Part shown: piece after piece, positions 56,233-64,000 of the stretch
Numbering within the stretch: the stretch's first letter is position 1
Layout: every line of letters begins with the position of its first letter
NCBI GenBank assembly: GCA_041399155.1
Contig: JAWKTI010000007.1
Coordinates: forward strand, 142,287-206,286
Length of the DNA: 64,000 bases
Direction: 5' to 3'
Source of the DNA: Zavarzinella sp.
Lineage (GTDB): Bacteria > Planctomycetota > Planctomycetia > Gemmatales > Gemmataceae
Notes under the pieces: model-generated
The model's database searches: none
The model's input: only the letters and a program-made list of their open reading frames with translations
Told to the model about the DNA's origin: nothing
Translations under genes and position numbers: made by a program

Positions 56233-58113
56233 TCACTCTTTCATGTCAAACCATGTTTTCAAGATTTTGTCTTTGCTGTCTTTCAGGCTGAATTTCTGCA
56301 CGGTCACGGTTCCTGTTGAGTTGGCGGGGTCCAGTCGAAGTGCGGTCAATGGCTTCTCCGTAGGAAGTTTAATCTGATAAGTGTGGAACTTCTGATCATG
56401 AGTAATCGAAAAGGTGACTGATCGATCCCGATGAAAGTTGGGGGCTTCTGCGGTTGCCCAAAACACCTGTCCAATACCTTTGGCATCCGATGACAAGGAA
56501 ATTTCCAAGGTATACGGCCCAGCTCCTTTGGGGATTTTTCTGGTGATGATGTAGGGGTCTTTGCCACTGGAAACAATCTGCAACATCTCAGGTTTCAAGG
56601 TCAAGGCAGCATCTTTACTCGCAGACCATTCACCTGCTGGAGATTGTGGTTTTCGATAAGCAGGATTGGCACGTGGGATTACTGCATCTGTATCTTTCAG
56701 GAATGTGGTGATCTGTTTATTCAATTCATCCACTAATTGTGGCTGTGATGAGACGAGGTTTTTCTGTTCGCCGATATCTTCTTTCAGGTTGTAAAGTTCC
56801 AACCGATCACTGCCATCATCATTGTCAGCAAAAAACCGAATCAGTTTCCAATCCCCCTGACGAACCCAGGTCGCTGGGCGGAATCCGTCGATATCCCCAC
56901 GCCCACCATGTGGGAAATGGCAAAAGATTCGTTTGCGATCTACTTCCCCACCGGTGAAGGCTGCGGAAACATCAACGCCGTCGAAATTACACTCTTTGGG
57001 CTTTGGAATACCAGCCATTGTCAATAACGTTGGAAACAGATCGGTACTTTGCACAATAGTATCGCTGTTGCTTGCTGGTTTGGTTTTACCTGGCCACACT
57101 ACCAGCATCGGAACATGGGTACCACCTTCGTAATTACTGGCTTTCCCACTGCGAAACGGGGCATTACTGGTAACTGGAATTTCTTTGTATTGTGCGTTAT
57201 TGCTTGCTTCTCTGGCAACATTGTGCCAGCCACCATTATCGCTGGTAAAAATGATGATTGTTTTCTCCAGAAGCTTTTGCTTTTCTAATTCAGCCACAAT
57301 CAGACCGATCGAATCGTCCAGACTTCTCACCATCGCTGCATAAACAGGGTTTCGCTGTCCGCTTTTCGGATCCATCCGTTTTGCCGCTTCCTCGATGTAC
57401 TCTTTTTTGCCCATCCACGGCGAATGAACACCAAATGCCCAGTAATTGACAAAAAATGGGCGATCTTTGTTTTCTGCGATGAATTTCGCGGCTTCTGCAC
57501 CCATCCGATCGTCAATATGATCACCTGGTTTCCCTTGTCCCGGCCACCAACGCCAAGGGGCAAAGTAGCCATTGGCACCACCAGGCCCCGGACCGGCCAT
57601 GTGGGGCAAATCGACATCAAATCCGTGCTGCAATGGCGAATAAGGCTCTTGACCCAGATGCCACTTTCCGAAGTGCCCAGTGCGATAGCCGGCATCCTTC
57701 AACACTTCTGCAATCGTGGTGTATTCCGTTTTTAGCCTGGTGATCGAATCGGCAACGAGCACTCGGGCATTCGGATTGCCAGAAACGAGTTGCTTTTTCA
57801 GTTGCACCTGTGGAAGATGACAGGCGGGGGCTGTAATGCCAATCCGTGCGGGATGGAGACCCGTCAGAATGCTGCTGCGAGTCGGCGAACACAATGGGCT
57901 TGCAGAATAAGCATTGCTCAATTTCAGTCCGCGTTTCGCAAGGGCATCTAAATGTGGTGTTTTGTGAAATTTACTTCCATAACAACCAATATCGTGCCCA
58001 CCGAGGTCATCTGCAAGGATCAACACAATATTTGGGCGGTCTGCTGATATCGCTGGTGCAAGATGCATAGTGATAGTGAAGCCGGCAGCCATCAGAAAAC
58101 GTAGTAATTGCAT
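56233..58113 (-). CDS. Sulfatase (formylglycine-dependent) with a ~170-aa C-terminal extension
   Basis: Signal peptide, NIVLILADDLGGHDIGCYG, the CSPTRSSILTG (C-x-P-x-R) active-site motif, and GKWHLG. Confidence 0.9.
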   Translation of the reverse strand: MQLLRFLMAAGFTITMHLAPAISADRPNIVLILADDLGGHDIGCYGSKFHKTPHLDALAKRGLKLSNAYSASPLCSPTRSSILTGLHPARIGITAPACHLPQVQLKKQLVSGNPNARVLVADSITRLKTEYTTIAEVLKDAGYRTGHFGKWHLGQEPYSPLQHGFDVDLPHMAGPGPGGANGYFAPWRWWPGQGKPGDHIDDRMGAEAAKFIAENKDRPFFVNYWAFGVHSPWMGKKEYIEEAAKRMDPKSGQRNPVYAAMVRSLDDSIGLIVAELEKQKLLEKTIIIFTSDNGGWHNVAREASNNAQYKEIPVTSNAPFRSGKASNYEGGTHVPMLVVWPGKTKPASNSDTIVQSTDLFPTLLTMAGIPKPKECNFDGVDVSAAFTGGEVDRKRIFCHFPHGGRGDIDGFRPATWVRQGDWKLIRFFADNDDGSDRLELYNLKEDIGEQKNLVSSQPQLVDELNKQITTFLKDTDAVIPRANPAYRKPQSPAGEWSASKDAALTLKPEMLQIVSSGKDPYIITRKIPKGAGPYTLEISLSSDAKGIGQVFWATAEAPNFHRDRSVTFSITHDQKFHTYQIKLPTEKPLTALRLDPANSTGTVTVQKFSLKDSKDKILKTWFDMKE

Positions 58114-58289
58114 TCTTCCTTCCCTTTTGTGGGAGCGAACCCGCAGTAGCTTTTTCAGATAATTCGGTGGGAATTCAGTATTTTAGGCAACCGTGTAAAA
58201 TTACGATAGTACCAGCCACCATTGGTATGGTACAGGATTCTCCTTAATCCTTATGCAGTAAGTAGTTAAACCACAGCAGGAGGGGGCAG

Positions 58290-59465
58290 ATGGAACAGTT
58301 CATTGTTTCGGCGGTTCGCACACCAATTGGCAAGTTTCTGGGTGGGTTATCCAGCCTGACTGCACCCCAACTGGGTGCTGTGGTGGTGAAAGCAGCTCTC
58401 GAAAAAGCCCAAGTGGGGGTGGAGCTGGTCGATGAAGTGATCATGGGGCAGGTGCTGCAGGCAGGGGTGGGTCAGAACCCTGCCAGACAGGCGGCATTGT
58501 TTGCTGGTTTGCCCACGTCGATTGCTGCGTATACCGTCAACAAAGTGTGTGGGTCTGGCTTGAAGGCTGCAATGCTCGCTTCGCAGGCAATTAAAGCTCA
58601 AGATGCAGGCATTGTTGTTGCGGGCGGCATGGAATCGATGAGTTTAGCGCCCCACCTGTTGCAAAAATCTCGAACCGGCTTCAAATACGGCGATGAAAAA
58701 CTGGTTGATGCCTTAATTCGCGACGGTCTGTGGTGCGCCTTTGAGCAATGGCCCATGGGCAACGCAGCGGAATACATTGCACAGAAATGTGGGGTCGACC
58801 GCACGGCACAGGATGAATTTTCTGCCGCAAGCCACCAGCGTGCCGCACAGGCACAGGCTGCGGGTGCTTTCGCGAATGAAATCGTCCAGGTTTCTGTGGG
58901 AAGTGGCAGCAAAACGACGATCGTTGCCCACGATGAGGGGATTCGACCAGATAGTTCTGCTGAGAATCTGGCTCGCCTGAAACCCGCATTTCAGGCTGAT
59001 GGCACCGTCACGGCAGGAAATGCGTCGCAACTCAGCGATGGTGCTGCCGCACTGGTGATCGCCTCGGCGACTGCCGTTCAGGCCCACCAATTGCAGCCAC
59101 TTGCCAGAATTGTGGCGTATGCCACCAGTGGGGTCGATCCGAAAGAGATTTTCATTGCACCGGTCAGTGCGGTGAAAATGGTTCTGGAACGAGCATCCAT
59201 GACGATCGATCAGATCGATCTTTTTGAACTGAATGAGGCGTTTGCCGCACAGATGCTGGCTTGCAGTCAGCAGCTTGGGCTGGATTCTGCCAAAGTGAAT
59301 CCCCACGGTGGGGCAATTGCGTTGGGGCACCCCATCGGCTGCAGTGGGGCACGCGTGCTCACCACGCTGGTGCACGCATTGCACCACCACGGCAAACGAT
59401 ATGGGTTGGCCTCGCTGTGCCTGGGCGGTGGCAACGCCGTTGCAATGATCATCGAACGCTTGTGA
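58290..59465 (+). CDS. Acetyl-CoA C-acetyltransferase (thiolase II)
   Basis: SAVRTPIGKF, NKVCGSGLKA (active-site Cys), NEAFAAQ, GGAIALGHPIGCSGAR and CLGGGNAVAM. Confidence 0.95.
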   Translation: MEQFIVSAVRTPIGKFLGGLSSLTAPQLGAVVVKAALEKAQVGVELVDEVIMGQVLQAGVGQNPARQAALFAGLPTSIAAYTVNKVCGSGLKAAMLASQAIKAQDAGIVVAGGMESMSLAPHLLQKSRTGFKYGDEKLVDALIRDGLWCAFEQWPMGNAAEYIAQKCGVDRTAQDEFSAASHQRAAQAQAAGAFANEIVQVSVGSGSKTTIVAHDEGIRPDSSAENLARLKPAFQADGTVTAGNASQLSDGAAALVIASATAVQAHQLQPLARIVAYATSGVDPKEIFIAPVSAVKMVLERASMTIDQIDLFELNEAFAAQMLACSQQLGLDSAKVNPHGGAIALGHPIGCSGARVLTTLVHALHHHGKRYGLASLCLGGGNAVAMIIERL

Positions 59466-59493
59466 TCATTGGCTGTCACTTCTTGAAACGAAC

Positions 59494-60249
59494 TCATTTT
59501 GGAAAATATTCCATCAGCTTCTGTGCCACCAATTCATGCCCTGCACGGTTCGGATGATTTACCTGAGACATGAAATCAGTCAATTCTTTCCCCGCAGCCA
59601 CGGCTGCCTGGAATGCTGCCAGACTATCCACGAGGCCAACGGCATGTTCTGCCGCCAAGGCTCTGATCTGTGCTGCATGCTGGTTGAGTGGGTCGGTTTC
59701 TTCATTGAGTTTTGCTTTGGTATCCGGCGTGGGGGTCAGCAACAAAACGGGCACCCCTGCCTTTTTTGCAGCCAGAATCATGCTGCTCCAGGCTTTGTGG
59801 GCCGCCTGCAATCCCAGCCGCCGATCGTTCAGTGCATAGTCGATGGTGATCAGATCCGGCTGCAGGGAAAGGACATCTTTCTCGAAGCGTGCCGCACCCG
59901 TTACAGATGCCTCCCCACCGATTGCGGTAACGACCACATTGATGACTGCGGTGGGGAATCGCTCTGCCAGCCCCACGTGCAGCAGGTGGGGGTACGAATC
60001 AAACGTCCTTACCACCGGAGTAACGAAATAACCTGCAGGCACACTATGGCCATGGCAGACAATCCGCAGTGCCCGATTTTTGGGCCACTTCGCCGCAGCC
60101 AGCTCTCGAAACTTGGCAAGATAGGTTTGAGGGTCTACCACTTTGGGTGTGGGACTCTCCTCCCCGCCAAGGGTGCTCTGCTGGATAGCTGTCAAACAAA
60201 TAGCAGCCCCACCGAGCAACGACCGACGCGAAATCTCCAGATGATCCAT
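59494..60249 (-). CDS. SGNH/GDSL-type hydrolase with a Tat-like signal
   Basis: MDHLEISRRSLLGGAAICL (twin-Arg), IVCHGHSVPAG (the block I Ser is replaced in context), ITIDYALND and a DSLAAF...NHPNRAGHE C-terminal block. GGAGG is 5 nt upstream of the ATG at 60247-60249. Confidence 0.72.
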   Translation of the reverse strand: MDHLEISRRSLLGGAAICLTAIQQSTLGGEESPTPKVVDPQTYLAKFRELAAAKWPKNRALRIVCHGHSVPAGYFVTPVVRTFDSYPHLLHVGLAERFPTAVINVVVTAIGGEASVTGAARFEKDVLSLQPDLITIDYALNDRRLGLQAAHKAWSSMILAAKKAGVPVLLLTPTPDTKAKLNEETDPLNQHAAQIRALAAEHAVGLVDSLAAFQAAVAAGKELTDFMSQVNHPNRAGHELVAQKLMEYFPK

Positions 60250-60540
60250 AGCAACCTCCATCGAGTAGGTGGTAATATACAGAGCGGAAGAGCCAATTCG
60301 TCAACGCCGAAATAGGGTATTGATCGCGCAGATTCACGAAAGAGTTTACCAAGTAATTTCTGTTCGATTTCTTTGCACCCTCCAATTCTATTTTTAGCAC
60401 TGTAGGATTTGCTTTGTGAAAGGTCCCAGGAAAAGAATCACCTGTCATTGACTAAATGTACCTATTTTTCATTGCATTTTTCTCATGAGAGATTATTCTG
60501 AATTCAGTTAAGGCCTCAGAAGGCGGAGCCCGACAAAGCG

Positions 60541-60963
60541 ATGACATGGGACGAAGACAGTCTGGAGCACGGATACGTCCTCGACCGGATCGCCAGTGGC
60601 GGGTGGTGGCACCTGCACTTCGGCCGCTCTCGCTGGTCGTACCACTGCGACATGTTGGGTCACCAGACGAAAATCCTGGCGGTACTCCAGAGGTTCGAGG
60701 CGGGGGCGGTCTCTGCGTCGCCGCCGTACTTCCTCACTCTGGACGGCGAGGGCGTGGAGTTATCTGCGTCAGAGGTCTCACTGGATTTCTGTTGGGGTGA
60801 CCGTTTCGCAGATACTGAGTTGGCCGACGAGGCGCGGAACTTTCAGCGTGAGGTCGTGCCACTGCTGCACGACAGCCCTACGTTTCAGCGATCACTGGCA
60901 GAAGTCGTGGCTCTCCAGCAGCACCGACAGGTGGTTGCACCGGGCACTCTCAGAAGGGACTAA
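60541..60963 (+). CDS. Hypothetical protein (cassette-like ORF 1)
   Basis: A 140-aa ORF in a visibly GC-richer block. It starts 27 nt after a GTTAAGG box (60507-60513) and is followed by an attC-like palindrome. Confidence 0.5.
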   Translation: MTWDEDSLEHGYVLDRIASGGWWHLHFGRSRWSYHCDMLGHQTKILAVLQRFEAGAVSASPPYFLTLDGEGVELSASEVSLDFCWGDRFADTELADEARNFQREVVPLLHDSPTFQRSLAEVVALQQHRQVVAPGTLRRD

Positions 60964-61023
60964 CCCTGCACAGGACACAAAGTCACTGATCGCGTCAATT
61001 CTGAAACCAAAGTTGGTTGGTCG

Positions 61024-61154
61024 GCCTAACTTAACGAGACAGCGATTGACTATATAGTTAAGCTGACCGCCGCGAGCGGCCGAAATGAGCGATTGGAGCA
61101 GGAATCGCTTCGTATCCACTGTCGCGACTCTGCTCAATCGCGGCCCCGTTCGCC
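61024..61154 (+). repeat. attC-like imperfect palindrome 1
   Basis: Starts with GCCTAAC (RYYYAAC) and ends with GTTCGCC. GCGATTGA (61042-61049) pairs with TCAATCGC (61134-61141). It is about 80 percent identical by eye to 61643-61768. Confidence 0.45.
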
Positions 61155-61162
61155 GGCAAAAC

Positions 61163-61582
61163 ATGGCACACACTGATCTGCCGTCCCTGAATGTTCAACT
61201 TTGGTATGGGACGATTCTCGTTGCGGACTTGCGTAACGTCATTGCCCACCAAGGAACGTGGTCCGGCGAATACGAACAACGTGTCGCTCCTCAGCAGGGC
61301 AAGTTAGAAACGCGAGTGTGCGATTACATCTCCTTCTGTGAGAAATGGCACAAACGCCTCAAGGAAGACAAGAATCCGAATGCCAAAGAGTTTGACGATT
61401 TCAAGGATGTGTTGAACTCTGGCCTTTGGCATGTGCTTTGTGCGGACGGGGCTGAGTTGAAAATCCCTGACGGCCCGATTTTTGTCCATGGGGAAGCGAG
61501 CTGGAATCATCCAGACAACGAGCCAACGCGAGAGTCTGCAGCCTATGAGTACTGGTGCCAGCGAACCAGCCCTTGCACCTGA
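61163..61582 (+). CDS. Hypothetical protein (cassette-like ORF 2)
   Basis: The ATG at 61163 lies 8 nt after the end of palindrome 1. The product MAHTDLPSLNVQLWYGTILVADL... has no recognised domain. The listed upstream start (61085) lies inside the repeat. Confidence 0.5.
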   Translation: MAHTDLPSLNVQLWYGTILVADLRNVIAHQGTWSGEYEQRVAPQQGKLETRVCDYISFCEKWHKRLKEDKNPNAKEFDDFKDVLNSGLWHVLCADGAELKIPDGPIFVHGEASWNHPDNEPTRESAAYEYWCQRTSPCT

Positions 61583-61642
61583 CCGGGGCCGCCATTCTGT
61601 TTCGCCCGGCATGAAGGATTTGCAGGCGGCCCCGGCAGGTGA

Positions 61643-61768
61643 GCTTAACTGGGTCCGCGATTGAGCATATACTAATGGTGACAGCCTCAGCTGCCTAAGT
61701 GAGCGATTGGAGCAGGAATCGCTTCGAATCCACTCCGCGACTCTGCTCAATCGCGGACCTCGTTAGGC
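61643..61768 (+). repeat. attC-like imperfect palindrome 2
   Basis: GCTTAAC-tg-GGTCCGCGATTGAGCA (61643-61667) is reverse-complementary to TGCTCAATCGCGGACC-tc-GTTAGGC (61744-61768). That gives a 16-bp perfect stem plus 6/7 in the terminal boxes, which fit RYYYAAC and GTTRRRY. Confidence 0.55.
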
Positions 61769-61792
61769 GGCCGAGGGCTTCAGACGTTCCCG

Positions 61793-62410
61793 ATGAAACA
61801 AGCTGAGAAACAGAGGCTCACGGCACTTACCCGCGACGCCGTCGCCCAACTAACCACCTGCCCCTCGAAGGTTAAGGAGCACGCTGAGAAGGTCGCGGCC
61901 CGGTACTCGCCGACGAATGCCGAGCAGTACCGGAAGCTGTCCGAGATCGTCTGGTGGCTCATCGCAGTCGACTGCGTCGAGGATGCGCTGGGCTTGCTGG
62001 ATGCGATCTGCGAGGTGGACGACAATTACTACTGGATGTTCCACGCACTTGGGAGCGCCTTCGCGACACGAGCGTGGCTCCGAGCGAGGTACGAGCAGGT
62101 GGCGGCCGCGCGGGAGGATGCCCTGACTGCCCTCCATTGGATCGGGCGTGACCCGAACTCCAAGGCGATAACCGAATCCGAGGTCCGCGGGGCGCTGGAG
62201 CGGTTCGACGGATGGCTGGAGCGGGCCGCAGGCGAGCGGGGAACGGTGACGGCCTTGCACGTTCTCTCCCACGCACTGCGGGTTCTGGTCATGTATCAAC
62301 AGTTTGCCGTGGCGGGCGATTCCGCCGCCAAGGCGATTCCGCCGGGCGAGTTTACCGCGCGGCTGGAGTCCGGCGTCCAGACGCTGCATCGTCGGATCAA
62401 CAGTTGGTGA
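61793..62410 (+). CDS. Hypothetical protein (cassette-like ORF 3)
   Basis: A 205-aa helical ORF starting 24 nt after GTTAGGC, with no recognised domain. Confidence 0.5.
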   Translation: MKQAEKQRLTALTRDAVAQLTTCPSKVKEHAEKVAARYSPTNAEQYRKLSEIVWWLIAVDCVEDALGLLDAICEVDDNYYWMFHALGSAFATRAWLRARYEQVAAAREDALTALHWIGRDPNSKAITESEVRGALERFDGWLERAAGERGTVTALHVLSHALRVLVMYQQFAVAGDSAAKAIPPGEFTARLESGVQTLHRRINSW

Positions 62411-62776
62411 GGCCGCAGACGCCGCCCCAGGAACTTCCCCAGCTGAAGACTAACGGTTTAATTCAACTCACTTAAATTATTTCATCTGTGAAAGCTAAAA
62501 GTGCTTATTCAACGCGCAAAGATAGCGTCTGACGTGGGTATCTTTTGCAAAAATTCCCCCAGACCTGTTCTTCATAAAATTGTCAAAAACCTGCTCTTTC
62601 CATTCACGCAACAGTGGGTTCCACCTTTTTCAACTCATACTCCAGCACTTTTACCAGACGGTGCAACTGTTTTTCGTGACGGGCATTTACTTCCGCAGCA
62701 AAAGATCATTCCTGCTAATTCGTGGAATCTCCCTCACATGCAAAAGAAAAGGAGGGGAATTCAATTTTCCCATGTT

Positions 62777-62823
62777 GCTTCAGGCACGAAGTGCCGTCTA
62801 GGAAAAGCCCGGTCCGTGAGGGC
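62777..62823. repeat. Second copy of the hairpin-rich repeat arm, again immediately upstream of an IS4 copy
   Basis: GCTTCAGGCACGAAGTGCCGTCTAGGAAAAGCCCGGTCCGTGAGGGC matches 18801-18851 and the reverse complement of 20533-20583. Confidence 0.7.
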
Positions 62824-64000
62824 CATTGGTGTGAAGGTCTTGAACTGCTGGGAGGATTTGGCTAAGTTCTTTAAGAGTAAGGTTTTATGTTTTGTCAAGG
62901 ATTGACAGATGACTTCAAATTCATTCGCTTCAGAGGCTTTATCACGCCTACCTTTAGCCGAAGCCGCTTTCCTCATGCTTGATGACATTTTCCAAAATAA
63001 TACGCTTGAAGCGATCTATCAATCAAATCGTGGACGCACCTACACTCGTATTTTGACATTCTCTTCATTTTTCCAATTGTTGCGAGATTCACTGATTTCT
63101 CCCGATCACTCTGCCAGGGCTCGTCTGATCGATGCATCTGAAAACGGTGAATTGCCTACATCGCTCAAAGCGTTTTATGACAAATTAGCGCATATGCCGC
63201 CAGAGGTTGGGGCGGGGCTCCTTTCGCATTCCTATCGGGCTATTTCAAAGCTTTTGCCAAGAAAAATGACTTCTAAATTACCAAAATCTCTTTGCAAACT
63301 TACTGTTGTCGCCGTTGATGGCAAAGTAATTAAGCATACGATGCGCGCCTTCTTCCTTTAAGAATAAGCAAGCAAAATGCATCAAAATTGCTTGGAGGGA
63401 AAGCACTTGTTGCAGTGAATCTGAGTACTGGTCTGGTAATGGAAATGGCTTCGGAATTGGATGGAGAAGCAAGTGAAACACGCTTGTTAGCTCCACTTTT
63501 GCAACAGCTGAAAGACCATTGCGGCGAGAAATTAATTGTGGCGGATCGATGCTATGGTTTCTACAAGCATATTGCAATGATCAAGGATGACGGGTGCCAT
63601 TTTGTTTTACGAGTTGCAAGCATTACCCAATTTATTCAAGATCCGAAAAACCAGCGAGAATTGGCAAAGACCGATATGGCCGAAAACTTATCGAAGAACA
63701 TGGCTGGATCACAAGTCAAAAGAATACGAAATTGATCGCAGTACGCCGACTGAGCATTATCCGCGATAAAGTGCAGATACAACTACTAACAGACCTGACC
63801 GATTCGAAACGATACCCTGCAGACGACATCGCAGAGATATATCGCTATCGTTGGGATATTGAGCGTGTATACGCGACGATTACAAAAGTGTTTCAGTTGC
63901 GTCACTTGATAGGTACCAGTCCAGAGGCTGGTTTAATACAAGCATCGCTTTGCCTCATTTTATTTAACATTACAGAAGCAATCAAATGGCATATTTCGGT
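62824..64000 (+). mobile_element. IS4-family insertion sequence, copy 2 (runs off the window)
   Basis: Starts with the same CATTGGTGTGAAGGTCTTG end. It is near-identical to 18852-20030 and preceded by the same GTCCGTGAGGGC (62812-62823). Confidence 0.85.
62909..64000 (+). pseudogene. IS4-family transposase, copy 2, with at least two 1-nt deletions relative to copy 1
   Basis: GATGCGCGCC here vs GATGCGGCGCC in copy 1 (near 63353) gives a premature TAA at 63359-63361. GATCCGAAAAA vs GATCCGGAAAAA (near 63645) shifts the frame again (…FIQDPKNQRELAKT… instead of …FIQDPEKPARIGKD…). Confidence 0.8.

Noticed and set aside
58713-59390. 225-aa ORF antisense to the thiolase gene
   Set aside because: A shadow ORF inside a high-confidence CDS.
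60262-60448. 5' part of minus-strand ORF 60044-60448 as a possible integrase remnant beside the cassette block
   Set aside because: It is only about 60 codons outside the SGNH hydrolase gene and has no tyrosine-recombinase motifs (R..HxxR..Y). It cannot be supported.
61715-61745. TTCGAATCC within attC-like repeat 2, resembling a tRNA T-loop
   Set aside because: The flanking bases do not form a T-stem, and no acceptor, D or anticodon arms can be drawn. The same string (with one change) occurs in repeat 1 as part of the palindrome.

Overview
The window reads as a Planctomycetota-type chromosome, inferred from gene content only: TPR-fused Ser/Thr kinase, sulfatase, HEAT/TPR secreted proteins and H4MPT-linked C1 genes. 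About 45 genes are supportable. Housekeeping and envelope genes include guaB, csrA, dcd, a thiolase, bamA, an LptF/G permease, an AsmA/TamB-like giant protein and a TolC-HlyD-ABC export operon. Metabolic islands are fae plus an MtdA/MtdC-type dehydrogenase, and a LysR-controlled dabB-dabA (DUF2309) inorganic-carbon pump. There are four IS copies: two IS630-family and two IS4-family. No rRNA, tRNA or CRISPR array was seen. The observations most worth a second look: (1) A SelW/Rdx-family selenoprotein gene is hidden by an in-frame TGA at 3340-3342, with a CxxU motif and a SECIS-like hairpin. (2) A visibly GC-richer block (about 60507-62455) holds three small same-strand ORFs separated by two related ~126-131 bp imperfect palindromes ending in RYYYAAC...GTTRRRY-like boxes. 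This looks like an integron-type cassette array with no integrase in the window. (3) An IS4-family element sits at the identical position of a hairpin-rich repeat at two loci. One copy has a 12-bp target duplication and splits a ~260-bp MITE-like palindrome. (4) A ~185-bp intergenic module occurs at least twice, with near-identical ends and a divergent core. (5) A COG0523 GTPase gene is cleanly split by an IS630 element at a TA. (6) The ABC exporter has degenerate signature, Walker B and H-loop motifs. All calls come from reading the sequence and ORF translations; no database search was run.
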